A stretch of DNA of 64,000 nt from Camelus ferus (taxonomy: Eukaryota), in assembly GCF_009834535.1 (NCBI RefSeq), contig NC_045705.1, forward strand, positions 30,258,001 to 30,322,000, written 5' to 3'. The notes below the pieces were generated by a model that was not told the DNA's origin, did not search any database, and was given only the letters and a program-made list of their open reading frames with translations. The position numbers were made by a program, and so were the translations under genes. Shown here piece by piece: positions 1-14,072 of this stretch. Within the stretch, counting starts at the first letter, position 1, and every line of letters starts with the position of its first letter.

Positions 1-630
1 ATAAGTGAATTCTGAAACCATAAGCAAAACAAAAAGACAATCTACAGAATGGGAGAAAATATTTGCAAAAGATAAGACTGACAAGGGCTTAATTTCCAGA
101 ACATTTGAACAGCTCATACAACTTAGTAATAAAAAAACAAACAACCGAATCCAAAAATGGGCAGATCTAAACCAGCAATTCTCCAGTGAAGACATAAAAA
201 TGGCCAATAGGCACATGAAAAAATGCTCAATATTGCTAATTATCAGAGAAATGCAAATCAAAACTAGAATGAGGTATTACCTCATTCCAGTCAGAATGGC
301 CATCATTCAAAAGTCCACAAACGATAAATGTTAAAGAGGGTGCGGAGAAAAAGGAACCCTCCTACACTGCTGGTGGGAATGTAGCCTGGTGCAGCCATTA
401 TGGAAACCAGTATGCAGATTCCTCAAAAGATGAAAAACAGACTTAGCATACGATCCAGCAATCCCACTCCTGGGCATATATCAAGAGGGAATCTTAATTC
501 AAAAAGATACAAGCACCCCAATGTTCATAGCAGCACTATTTACAATAGCTAAGACGTGGAAACAACCTAGACGTCCATCAACAGATGACTGGAAAAAGAA
601 GGGGGTGTGTGTGTGTGTGTGCGTGCGTGC

Positions 631-677
<47 letters not shown>

Positions 678-1137
678 GGAATACTACTCAGCCGTAAAAA
701 AGAATAAAATAATGCCATTTACAACAACATGGATGAACCTAGAGACTGTCATTCTAAGTGAAGTAAGCCAGAAAGAGAAAGAAAAATACCATATATCACT
801 TACATGTGGAATTAAAAAAAAAAGATAAACACTTATTTATAAAACAGAAACAGACTCACACACATAGAAAACAAACTTATGGTTACCAGAGGGGGAAGGG
901 AGTGAGAAGGGATAAACTGGGAGTTTGAGATTTGCAGATACTAACTAATACATATAAAATAGATAAATAACAAGTTCATACTATATAGCACAGGGAATTA
1001 TATTCAATATCTTATAGTAACGTATGGTGAAAAAGAATATGAAAATGAACATACAATTAAAGCATTATGACATACACCAGAAATTGACACAATATTGTAA
1101 ACTGACTATACTTCACTAAAAATATATATACAAAAAA
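1..1137 (+). mobile_element. LINE-1 3' portion (decayed ORF2 C-terminus and 3' UTR), cut by the window edge
   Basis: ORF 5..334 [11 protein letters not shown]...[19 protein letters not shown] resembles the L1 ORF2 C-terminus; 3' end acaccagaaattgacac...aaactgactatacttca followed by an A-rich tail. Confidence 0.93.
605..674. repeat. Compound (GT)n(GCGT)4(GT)n microsatellite inside the L1
   Basis: 70 bp of alternating purine-pyrimidine sequence, directly visible. Confidence 0.97.
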
Positions 1138-4100
1138 GCATGAGTGAATTCATGATAGCTTTTCATAATAGCATATTTTACTTACTGATGGGTACCAAAA
1201 ATACAACTAATTATCATGACAGAAGTTTGAAAATATTTTGAAGTTAAAAGGGGCCCTAAGGGGGAAAAAAAGGGTTCTAAAGCCTCAAAACAGCTGAAAA
1301 TTAAGTTATAGAAAGAAGTATCATGGGACAAGTCCAATTACTTTATTCTACAGCTATAAGAGAAAGCTGGCCTTTCCAGAATCATAATGTGGAGCTGACA
1401 ATTTGCTTCTGCAAGGGCGGAAGAGCCCTTTCCCCCTGCGCAACAAACAGTACTCTGGCATTAACAGAGTTGAAGTGTAGGGAAGGAGAGGGGAGTGCAC
1501 TGGACAGACTGGTCAGCAGCTGCCAGCACCGAAACATGACACAGAGCAGGGTGAAAGGACATATGAAGACAACTTAGAAAAATGGACAACCACCAGGCCT
1601 GGGGGGAATCTAGGTTCCTATGACATATTTCACAAGCTTCTTTTCATTGCTATTAAAACCTAAAAACAATTAACTTCTTTCTGATTCAATTTCTCCTTCC
1701 ATTTTAATAAAAAGGGAGGGAGAGGGCAAAACATGGTCAGAGATAATGGCTTTATATTATTTAGAGATTACTGGAGGATTTACATACAGGAAAATAAGAA
1801 CGAAATCAGCTGGCTCAGATACCAGCAAAGTCCCTGACTAATGGCACAGCTCCGAATAAACGAGAGGTTTAGAAAAGAGCAACTAATGACTCTAGACTCT
1901 ATAGTCTAGAAAGAAGGGAGGATTCAAAATACAGCCAAGATGGGGAAACAAATTTCAATGTGAAGGATATTTGCAAGGGCAGGGAAAGCGATAGGAATAA
2001 GGGGAGAGGAAGAGTGGTAAGAGTTTCAAGAAAAGGGCAAAGAAATTAAAAGACTTAAAATAATGTTCAATTCAGAACACTACAGACTGTCACTCATTTC
2101 AGTGCTGATGTAAGATCAGCATGAAGCAAGGCTCCACGAGATGAAGGAGGCGATTTAGGGAGAGACTGAAGACTGGAAGGTGTCTGCCAGATGAACCGCG
2201 GGAGAAACGCGGACCGAGAGAGACCGTTTACCTTAGGAATAGTGAAGGGTACTAAATACTGGGGCCCAACATAACATAGCCTGTGCCCTTTTCAAGAGGG
2301 GACCCAACATGCAGATATGCTAGTTCTGTTCCTCCATCACAGGAGGACTTGTTCTCACCAGAATACTTTTCAGGGAAACACCAGAGAATTCCTCATCAAT
2401 TTCATCAGCCAGAAGCTGCCTTCAAGCCAGCAGGATAGAAGCTGGCTGAGTTATTAATGGCTTTCCCAGTTGTTGAACTCTGTGAATCTCTGATTAACTC
2501 TCAGAGGGGTATTTGGGAAGGAGAAGGAAAAAAATAAGACTTTCTTACAGAAGATTTTATAAGGAAAAAACACCCTTCAAACAATCAAGCAACCAAGACA
2601 AGTGTCGAATACAAGAAAATGCATCTCTGAACAAGGGAGAAACACAGCAGCTACTCTTGCTAAATGCCTGGGATTAATTGCCTCATGGAGAGGTTGTAAT
2701 TTAAAGGAATGGAAAATACACCTACAGACTGCTGTGTGAGTCCTGACCAGACAGTCAAGTTGCATTACTACTCAGCGACAAACGGCTCTGACTCGGGCCC
2801 TTTATAAATGAAGCTACGGCAGCAAAAAGCTCAAAATGTCATTGTCCTCTTGACAATACACAGTTGGCTTTGCTGAAAACTAGATCATGAAAAAATACTT
2901 CTTTCCCTGGGCTCTTCTGTTTCTACTCAGTCTCCAGATGCTAGAAGGCCTAGCTGGTATTCCTGTCCCCGGATGGCACGGTGATCCTGGCCAAGTCCTT
3001 TCCTTACTCGGGTGCTATCAGTAAGGCCCTGGTCTCTAGTCTTCACTTCAAAGGACTGTGCATGTGTCAGGGCTTCAGTTCCTGGGAGGAAGGCCCAGGC
3101 CCAGGTGATATCACTCACAGAGGATTCCTAATAGCATAGGTCTCTTGGAACTACAGAGCCTTCATTTTTCTCCAAGGAACAGCAATATAACAGATAATTA
3201 CCACTTACACAAACTCCTTTCCTCTCTTATTCTCCCCTTAATTTTATCTGCATACATTATGCAAATCTATATGGCTATTGTGCATTTTATGTTAAAAAAT
3301 AAATATGTATCTCTGAGTGACAGTTATGTCCTCCTTCCCCTCTCTTCCCTCATGGCTGTTTAATGCTTTAAATCCAGACATATTCCAGTTTCTTTCTCTT
3401 CTCCTAGCATTCCTCATAATAAATATTCATATGTATCTTACTTGCCCAGAAAGAATACGAATTCTAAAGCTGCCAAGCAATATTATATACTTCTAAGCAA
3501 TAAACTCAAAATCTTCAGTAAAGAGTTAGAATTCCAGTAAGCACATATTTTATAAATATATTGGGTCCCCACAGGTACCAGGTATCCTATTCCTAATCCT
3601 CAAGAAGTCTCCTCACTTTTCTGAGATTTTGTTATTCTACCTCTGCTGAGTACAAGGGGAAATTTTTTAAGATAGCTCCAACAAAGATCCTAGAGCTTTA
3701 CGGCTAAAATAAACCTCAGAGATTATCTAATCTAATTTTACAGATCAGACATAGAGGCCTAGGGTAGGAGAGGGACTTGCCTAAGATCAAATGACAGATA
3801 TGAGGCTCAGCCAAAACTAGAACCCAGGGCTATTCACTAGACAATAGGTGTCAGGCTATCGGGGCCAGCAGGCACTGGCAAGAGAGCCCAGTTCCAATCA
3901 CAGCTGTTCTGGGAGTCACCTGCTCCTTTACAAACTTAGTTCAAAATCGGTTCCAGCAAGAGTAAAAAAGGACTTGGGCAATATTTTATTCGGAGAAGTA
4001 GGAAGTGAGACAGCTGAGCTCACAAGCAGCTCATTCCCCCAGGAACATTCACAAACAGGCCCCACTCTAAGAAAACACCAAGGCCTCTTACATCCATCAC

Positions 4101-7100
4101 TTAACATTCAGTCCTCATATGTTCTCGCGTGTACTTCGCCCACTGCTTTCTCACTGGTTTTCCTGAATCCATATACTTGCCACTTGCCTAACCAATGCTT
4201 TCAGAATTCACTGCCTAAAATACATGGTGAACAATGGCTGCCCCTAAATAAAAATAAGGTCAAAACTTCTCAGCCAGCCATTCCAGGCCCTCCATAGTCC
4301 ATGTCTTTCTGACCTTCTCTCTCAAATTACAAACACTCCAGAGCTCTAGCCAGCTCTACATTCCCAGATCTATGCAGGGTCTCAGAATAAACCCTGTAAA
4401 TCTTCTGTGTCTGGGCTTTTGCTTAAGCTACTCCCTTTGTCTAGTCTCCTTCCCTGCCCCCATCCTCCCTATCAATTCATCAAACTCCTAGGCCGTCTTC
4501 ACACCCAGGTGAAATCCATGAAGCCTTGTCACATCTCCCCAAGTACTCTCTCCCTCCATACAATGCTGCCCTGTACTTTAGTGGTACCTTATTACAGTCT
4601 ATCTTGTAAGCTACTACGCAAAAATCTGATCATGTTATTCCATAACTTAAAGCTCTCCAATGAGTCCCTCTCATCTACGGGATAAAGTTCACTTCCTCTG
4701 CAAGGCACACAAGACTCTCCAAGACCTGGTGCTACTCTCACTCTCGGGGCTCATCTCCTGCCACACGTCTTGGACTTCACAGCCTGGCCGTACTTGCCAA
4801 CAAGGGAATTCCTGACACACTCCATACTGTTTCATGTTTCTATGACTGTGTATTTATTTGCCTTTCTTCTACGTATACCTGGAGAAAAGCCCTACTTTAA
4901 GATCTATCCTTTCTCTTTTATAAACCCACCTTGTAAAAACAATCCACCACTACAAAAATCAATTAAATAAAATGACTTAAAACTCTGGTAAAATGGAAGT
5001 GAACAGTTTCTTATCTCATCCCACTTTAAGAACTACTTCTGTACAACACCACCACTCAATAATTATAGTTGGTTGCCTGATTCTTGATGTTTTGGTAGGT
5101 TCCAGTCTGTAAAGAGAATAATCACTTTATAATGTGTTTCCTTATAGTTTCTCTTGCACTTCTAACATCAAAGAGTTTATGGTTTGTAAGTAAAAGGAAG
5201 AGACAAAGGCAACCTCACTTCAAAATGAAGTAGACAACATATCTCTCTGAAGATCTACCCTTTCTTTTCTTGGCTACGGGTTATGTGTTTGTTATTAGTA
5301 CTCAGTGACTCCCACAGGAGTCCTGGAAATTTGGGGCACAGAAGAGAGAGCAGGAGCCAATACTACCAAGGACATATGGCTTCACTCCACTGGAACTTCT
5401 AGCCCCAAGGACATGGCAAAATTATTTGAGTCTCACAAAGCTGTCAGGATTTCACCTAAAGACAAGATAAGAGTAGTTTTATCGGGTTTCCAACGTATTT
5501 TCTTTGTGTGATTCAACTAAATTTCAGCTGTGGCAAAAGGTAAGATGAAGAATATTAAGTTCTGAACTCTAAAGGCAAGCAACTTCTACGCCATAGCCAA
5601 TCAGGTGGCAGAGCCGAATGACAGATTTCAGAACTCTTCTCAGCTACATTATATATACCAAGAAGAGCTTTTAATGACTTCCTTGATAGAAGGTGTCTAG
5701 CAAGGGGACCATGAAAGGAGAAGATCTTTCTGGTGAAGGCCCCGCCACGCACATGTATGTAGTACTGCTAGAAAGTTTCATGTCAAACTAAAAAATCAGA
5801 ACCCTTCTCGGACACCCAGCAATGACTCTCATACTCACAATGAAATGTATTTGCATACTTGGCCACAATATAGATTTCTGGGTAAAAGGAACCCAAATAC
5901 AACTAGATAAATTACAATTTAAAAAATTAAGCTAACAGACTTAAGAGGCTGAAAGACTAGAATTCTCACTGAGGTTATTTTTTTCAAATTCAGCCCAGTG
6001 TCACAACTGTGAATGAAGGACTTGTTCTCTCTGTGCTAACAAGATTTTTTAAGAAGTTGAATATAATTACCTAGTGGTGGAGATATTTGTGACTGATCTA
6101 ATCTGAAGCTTCTCTAGTTCTGACTGTCATTAGCTCAAGGTATCCTTGCCTTGAGAAGCAAAGCAGTTACAAAAAGAGGCAAGAAGATGAACTAGAGATG
6201 ATTCTGAGATCGTAACATTTAGAACAACAGATAAAATGAGGAAGGGGGTGAGGATTGCTAGAACAATAGTCATAAAGGTACATGCAGGTCATAGAACTAC
6301 CAGAACACAGCACTCCACTTGGGCTTCATAACCCTCCACTCCTGCTTTCCAAAGGAATGGTGAAAATGAAAATGTGAGTTTTCCTTATGCTTATTTGCCA
6401 TCTACATTCTAGCAAGTGGCCTGAGCTCAAAAGCAGGCAGACAGCAGGGTCAGGGGCAGCCACACCTTTACCCTGCTTGTGAACATCTTTATGCAAAGAC
6501 AGATTCTGAGGGCTTCAGGACAGACCTGCTGACAGCAGGTTTCTGGATGTCCTGTTTGTGCATTTTAATAAACACAGGGATCCTGCAGTCTCAATCCCTG
6601 CTGCAGACAGAGACGAACGGCAGGAGAAGATGCCAGCCTGGGAAGATGGTCATTAATCCAGACTACAAAAGAATAGAAAATTCAACCTGATGCTGACCAA
6701 CCTTCAAAGCTATCTTTCCTAGCGATAAATCTAGAGAAGTCTTGTTCCACAAGGAACAAGGGCTCAAATATGGTTGTACATCATTTTTAAAGGTTTTTAA
6801 ATCAAGACAGGACAATAAAGTCAGACACTAAATATGCTTGCTCCTGATCTCTCATCTCAGACATGTCTGATTTCGGTCAAGCTTCAGTATCCTTATTTTA
6901 AAAAAAATACCACAATGGGATAAACAACTATCTCCCTGGGTTATTACAAAAAGTAAACAAGATTTGAAAATATATGTGCATATTAATGTATTTATATATA
7001 CTACAAATGTTTTGTATGTTATAAATTAGTATACATGAAAAATGATAGCTGAAACCTTTCATTCAGTGGATGATGGAAGATAACCAAAAAAGATGGGAAC

Positions 7101-9689
7101 TGGGCGATGGCTCTCTTTATTTTCTGGGGTGTACATTTTCTGGGATGTATATTTCCCTATACACCTGGCATGGAAAAGCTAGAGAATGGCAAAATGATCT
7201 ATGACTTGACAAATGGAAGGAGAGTGGCGAGGCTGAAGCAAGGTGGCAAAAGCAGGGACATGCTGTGCTATGAAGATGAGGAAACCCAGTTGAAGAACAG
7301 TCTCTCTCAATGGTACTCTAAGTGTCAGGAGGATTCCAGGCCATATCTAACTTATCTGCTTCTCTGTACCTGAAAGAACTATAAATTATGACTGTGGCTT
7401 TCCTTCTAGTTATTAAAGCGAAGGAAAATAACTGGGGCAGAGAAATTAAAATGGGTTGGTACATTCCCTAATTTCTCACTTTCTCCTTCCTCAGAGCACC
7501 CAGAAATTAAGAGAAGCAAACACAAGCAGCCCTCAGTTTACAGTAGGCGAGGGAGGGCGGGGAAAGAGACAAAGAAAGAATGAACAGATAGTAACTCAGC
7601 ATTAACCAGGCAGCAGCAACATCCTTCACTAGAAGACCTGGACTGCTAATATTGAGGTGACTAATCCACAGCTGCTATTAAAAACAAGATTATAGTCTGT
7701 ATCAGCTGAAAAAGAAAGACAAACACCAGGGGAGGGACTTTTGTAGGGGCATTAGAGAAACCAGCCCATTGTTACTAACCAGGGAGCAATACACGAGCCC
7801 AAGGGAAAAAACAATTGTAAGTCAGTGCATGAAAGGTGAAGAAGGGAATGTAAATTCAGGTCGTGCTGAAGCCAGGGGGAGGCACCAGCACAGGTGGGCT
7901 GTGGGGAGCACAAGGAGGAGGCAGTCTGACACAGGAAAATCGAGGGGGAAGGAAGGGGAAAGGGAGGAGGTGGTAACAGAAGAAAGAGAAGGTAAGATGA
8001 GAACAGAACATTTTAAACTAATCCAGAACTCCATTGTGAAGGACAAGTCACGAGGCAAGATACAGCTCAAAGGCATGAGCCCCACGTTTCACCACTGCAC
8101 AGAGATAACACAGCCTTCCAAACGTGCGTGGAGAGAGGGCTATGCGAGCTGTACTGACTCCCAGCACTCCACAGGATTACTGAGGCTTTTCAGCAGCATT
8201 AAGTCCCAGCAGCCTCGGCACCGTGCATTGAAACTGCTTCCCCGAATAGACCTCAGTGCTGGAAAAATAATCATTATCTACAGGGGGATATATTTCCCTA
8301 CAGGTGTCTGCCAGGCTAAGGGGGTGGAGACTCCCTTCACTACCATGTACACATCTATGTTTCCCCAGCAGGGACTTAAGGGATACAGGTCAGCTGGGCC
8401 CTTCTCCCCCATTGGTAATGGAAGACCACCATTACCCCTGCTCCGTTTGCCAGAGCACAGCTGTTTCAGGGCATCTCTCCATTTCTTTCACATTTACATC
8501 TTCCTCAGACAAATGAACCTCCCATTTAGTCTTCCTTCTGCTTCCAAAGCACAACTCTAGTGTGTTTAAGGATTGTATCAGGAAGGCAAATTGGTATAAA
8601 GGGTGTTCCCACCTTCTGAGTCCTCTCTGGCAAAGATATTTCTCAAACACTTCATAAAGCGCTATTGCAGGAACTATCCATTCAGCTCACGAAAGAGGGA
8701 GGTAGAAGGGAGGCAGGAAGTCTTAAGATCCCAGACCGACCAGGCCATGTCAAGATGAAGGGGGAAAAAAGGATGATGACTGACAGGCTGTCTTATTCCA
8801 GTACTGCTAGCAAAAAAGATAGGGGAAAAAAATGCTTAACCATCTTTCTCTCTTTCTTGTTTTGCATGTTTGAGAATATCAAAATATAGAAATCAAAACA
8901 AGAGCCAAATGTCCAATTTGATACAAGCCAGGAAAGCACAGCTACAGGATAGAAAGAAACACAGTGAATGGCCATAAAGGCCAGGAGCAGTAGGTCAGAG
9001 AATGCAAAACTCAGCAGGAAGACTGGGGAGCTTGAATCCTGGAGCCTGGGGCTGATGGTACTCTGCTAGCTCACCCCTGTACCCCAACCAACCATTTAAA
9101 GACACTAGAAGAGCAAGGAATCACTTCCCAACCCATCACATTAATTTGACAGGCAACTTCCAAAGGATCCTTACTTGGGGTGGTGGAAGGAAACTGAGAA
9201 TGTTTAGGCAAGGGAGTAGGACCTCAGAAAACCGGTCAAGGGTACTAAGAAAATGTCTTCTAGGGAAATCTGAGTATTTTTTTAATTTTTAATCTCTAGA
9301 TCTACTCTGCTTAAAAGAAAAAAACACCAACCCTCCTGCCTCCCTGATGTTGTGACTACAATCCACAAGAAGCATTTCCACAGTCACCGTTCATGCAAAA
9401 GGAAAATAAAAATGTTGCTGAAAGAGCAGCGGCCGTCTTCTCCCAGCCTGGCCTGGGGCCCAGTGGGCTGTCTCTTCCCACAGGCTCCTGTGAATCAGCA
9501 ATGCAACTGCCAGAGGTGGGAGTTCCCTGGGCATTAACCCTCTGTCCCTCACCCCACCCTATCACTCATAAATAACAACTTAGGGATTTGAAGCAAGAAT
9601 GTCAACCACTGTTTCTCAGACGGTGGCCAACTTAGAAGCACTCACAGCTCAGAAGGAGAGGGAAGAAAGCAAGCTGAGTATGTACTTAC

Positions 9690-9869
9690 TCAAAGTCCTC
9701 AAATTCCAAGTCGGTTCCCTCCACGGATGGACCCTGGTTGTCTGAGGAAGAGGAGGAGGTGGAAGAACGGAGGCGGTTCTGTTGGTAGCGCATGGAACGC
9801 TGGCGGATACTGTCTCTCCGTGAGAGATACTGGATCATCCTCTGGGCATAGTACGCAGCAGGAGATAAT
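9690..9869 (-). CDS. AMBRA1: AMBRA1 exon 9; the gene continues beyond the left edge of the window
   Basis: ctctcag|[59 protein letters not shown](E)|gtaagt; 180 nt, phase 2-2. Confidence 0.97.
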
Positions 9870-12800
9870 CTGAGAGAGAGAGAGATGGACAAACACAAAC
9901 TAGCACTAATGTGGGGAATACTGGGAAAGACAGTAAATCCAGCTCTCCCATTGCATCTCCTTGCTGAGGTCAACTCCGGAGACATGAAAAATAAAGGGCA
10001 TTTAACTCACCGGGAGGTTTGTACTGTGCAATATGCTTATCAGGCTATCACCAGTGTTTCCGTTCCAAGGCAAGGCAAAGAGGTTGGTTAATCAGTCATC
10101 TTCTGATCAATGGCTGCCCCCTCCCAAGAGTTTAACACTGGATCTTTCATTTTAGTTTCTTAAGGGGCCCCCTTTAACTTCTCAGGGCACCTTTTACACA
10201 GATTCACAGCTTTTCCTCAATCATCCATACTCAAAATATAAGAAATGAAAGGGACTTAGCTTCTTTCATTTTACAGACAAGAAAACAGGCCAAGAGATGG
10301 TGAACCTGAGATGACTAAGAAGGCATCTTCAGGCATCACCTTCACCAGGACTCCTTTCTTTTCCCATTTGTAGCTCCAGATTCGTCCTAGCTCCTTAAGA
10401 TGATCTCTTTGAACTTCTTATCTCTCTTTTACAGATTATTCATATGTTTTAAAACAGAAAATATTCAGGATAGAGACTGAGAGTAAAATATACTCAGGAG
10501 AACAGAAAATCTGAAAGAAAAGAAGAGATTTTTTTATCTCTTCTGACAGAGCCTCAGAGGCTACGTGGGCACTGAGCAACACAGAGGACAGCAGTCTCTT
10601 CCTCTCCTTCCTTAAAACGGCTGCTCTCAGCAAATAATTAACCTGGACCTATATTCTTCCAACTGCGGTTAAGTGTCTTCATAGCCCATGAAAATGTCTA
10701 GTGTCCCATACAATTCGCACATTCCCTTCTTTCTCGAGTTTTTCCTCCATTTTTCACAACACATATAATTTGAGGCTGTGAACTGAGAAAGTGAGAGACG
10801 AACAATAAGAGAAAAATGTTTTATATATAATATGAAGTAGATTACTAAGAAATTTCAAGACTTAAAACCTGCCTGAGGTATACACTTTGATTCAACAATT
10901 CAACTAGAAATTTTATGCTATAGAAACACACAGGATATGAAGACATAAACACATTATTGGCCCTAGTGAAAAACTGGGAAACATCCCAAGTGCTCATCAA
11001 CAGATTAAATAAAATTTATCTATACAAAGAAATACTATATAACTACTAAAAAGAATAAATTATCCCTACTACGCACAAGTAAAGTCCTCTAAAATAAAAT
11101 TTTAAGTGGGGGAAAAAATTAAAGAATGGTATGTATACACTAATATGTATATAAAAATATATATTTCTGTAATTAGAACAAAAAACTAAAAGGAAACACA
11201 GCAATCCTCATGAGGATTCCTAGGGACGTTAACTCTATAATGACTGAATATAAAAGGAAAAAAGCATGTACCTTTTTTTTTAATGGAAATCTGGAAAAAC
11301 TGATTGAGAATGGAAATAGAAATACTTATACCCAAATGATAGGAAAAGTATTTACAAACATCTTATTGCCTGACCTTTCATTACCCCAGGACAAAGTAGG
11401 TCTTTGGATAAATCCTCAGTAAATCTACAGACTCAGACCAAAGGAGATCCTGCAGTCAACTGCTATAGGAACTAAGGCTGCCTCTGAAATGCCTGTCATC
11501 AGAGGTGGTGTCCTGGCTAACCATCAAATGGAATTTCCAAGCAGGCCAGATGACAATCTTTGGAACTCAAACGTCTGTGTTATGGGACAACATGCTGTAC
11601 TTGACACCTCTATATCCAAATTACCTCTGACTCCAATTACCAAACAATAGTAATTATTATAACATAGCAGGTGGGAATGGATGTACAGATGCCTTGGATA
11701 AGATCATCAGAGTATAAGAACTATTTCTTTAAAGTCTCAACTAACAGAAATTTCATTATCTTTTTGGGCACCTATTCCCATGCATTTGGCAAGGATGAAT
11801 CAAGAACCCTAAATGTTCAACAGACAGAAGCCAAGACTCCTGAGTTGTTCCTATATCTATCAAATATACAGAAATCTTTCAGCCGAAATTAATTACTGCT
11901 AGTTAAATTCTCAAGTCGATCAGAATAGAAAAGAATGTAAAAAAAAGTTTTAAGAGGAGAATGAAGATTCCTTTTTTTAGAAACGATTCTGAAAAATGAC
12001 AATAAGTACACTCATTCCTCAGTTGACAGTCCACCCAAACTAATGGAAAAATTATATTATGGTGATAGAGGTAGAAATATGTTGATGTTGAAAGTAATAT
12101 ATAAAGATTGTCCTTTTATGTAGGGGCAAAATTTCAGCACTAGGTAGCCCCAATTGTTTAATTTCACTATTGGACAGGAATTCCCTAAGCTATAAAACTA
12201 TGCACCAATGGTAAAGAAAAAAGATTCTTGGCACATTATTAAGTACAAGTACACCCTAGCCTCATCTTTTCAGGTAGAGGGAAGTTAAGGATCTGAATAC
12301 CGCATGTCTCACAAAGGCTTTGACCAATACATATTATGTAGGGTGAAGTCTAAGAGGAAAAAGAAATTAAACGACCAGTAATGGGGTAATAATCATCCTC
12401 CTACTGAAGAGCTAGATAATTATCAAACTCTAAAGTGTTCCAAGTGAATATTTAAAATATCTAAATAACTCAAGTTTTCTTCAAGGAAGAATACTTCCCC
12501 CTCCAAAAATATCTATTTTGTGTTTAAAGGGCAAATGTAAAAAATACCAACACCACAAAGTATGGCCTTTCTGTGATAAAGAGACCTGAGTAGGGATAAA
12601 TAGCAAATTTATTACATGAAAGGGGGACAAATAATTTTGGTCTTTAAGAATCACTGTTAAAATCTGTCAGGTTAAAAATTCTGGGGATGAGATTCCTGTT
12701 ACTGTCCTAAAAGAAACCATTTCATAGCAAGAAGTTCTCTCAGTGTTTCAAAGAATTTGATTCATGAAAAATATTTCCTTCTCTTATTTAGGGCTTGCTA

Positions 12801-13985
12801 CTTTCAAATATGAATAGAGACTAACAAACTTCCTCGCTTCAGTCACCATCTAAGTTGCCTTTTTTAAGTAAGATATTAGTTTATTAGGTTGATTACAAGG
12901 CATACCTGTTTTATAGTCAATTCTCATGTCCCTTGATCCCTGGATTTACCATTTCTGAGGAATGGAAAAGGGAGTAAGAGGATAATGGGGCATCTTTTCA
13001 CTAGTATCTCTGAAAGAGTGCTCAGTATCGTGACAAAACTGTGGCAACAATAAAATCATTCAATGTCACTGCAACCAACTTAGTCTAAGGTTTTTTCCAG
13101 ACTTGAAATTCTTAATCTACAGCAAAGCTTATTTAGCCTTTTCTGATATACACTGTTAACTTCAACCCCACCATTATAAATTACCCTTTTCTTCAGGCAA
13201 AGCCTCGCAATGTACTCTCGTATTACTTAAAGAATGGGCAGGTTATTCCCCTTTTGGATCATTAACAGGATTAGTAAGTCCTGCTGTGACAACCCCAAAG
13301 AGCTGCTCACTATAAATAAATGTTACACGTCAACCTGGTCCTCAGCAACCAGTATAACATAAAGGTGGGCCTTGAGCTCATCTGATTTTTTTTTCTTTTT
13401 ATCTCCTAGAGCAACTTTTCAAATGTCTTCTAATCAGTGTAAGGCAAGCACATTAATAATGTATCAACTCATTTTATTCAGTTATCCTTTTGTCAGTCAT
13501 CTCTTCCTTCACATAGTCTCCAAAAATTCACCATCTGAATGAGCTTGATTTCTGCCTTTGGATGTTCTAAATTCCCTCCCAAGTAAGGATTTTTTGTTTG
13601 TTTTACTTTGTAAGTAATTTTCCTATTATTAAAAACTTTTGTTTCTCTTTTGGCTATCCATCTGAATGGCAACAGCCTCTCTGATCAGCAGAAAAGAAAT
13701 ATTCTGCGACTCTGCCAGTGGCCTCCTCAGGTCCCTCCACTAGTGTCCCACTTACAAAGATGAGCCCCAAAGGACAAGGGCTCAGTCATAACCCTCTATC
13801 ACCAGAGGTTCTGTTCACTTACCTGTAACACTTCCCAATCACCTGAACCACCTGTCTCAAAACTGTAACTGAAGAGTAAAAGAGCACCAGGACCAGAGAG
13901 GCACAGAACGGGGCTTCCAACAGCTTGGCAACCCCAAGGGCAGCCCCTCCCCCCCACCTAGTGCCATTTCTCACTTTGGCCTTAC

Positions 13986-14072
13986 CTCGCTGGGTCTGGG
14001 TAAATTGGGTGCTCTCTGGATCCTGCTCCATCATAACGGGATAATGAAATGAGGGAAGACTCCAGCAGCCTC
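13986..14072 (-). CDS. AMBRA1: AMBRA1 exon 8
   Basis: tgctag|[28 protein letters not shown](R)|gtaagg; 87 nt, phase 2-2. Confidence 0.96.

Noticed and set aside
5..334. L1 ORF2-like ORFs (also 58084-58451 and within 25196-26972) as genes
   Set aside because: Truncated, frameshifted retrotransposon remnants
2135..2230. Small CpG-enriched patch considered as AMBRA1 exon 10 or a promoter
   Set aside because: I did not find the expected DNGDRSRHR peptide here, and the patch is far too short for a CpG island
7769..8560. 263-aa ORF on the plus strand
   Set aside because: TTG start, purine-rich low-complexity first half, no recognisable domain, antisense within an intron; most likely a chance open frame, although not tested by search
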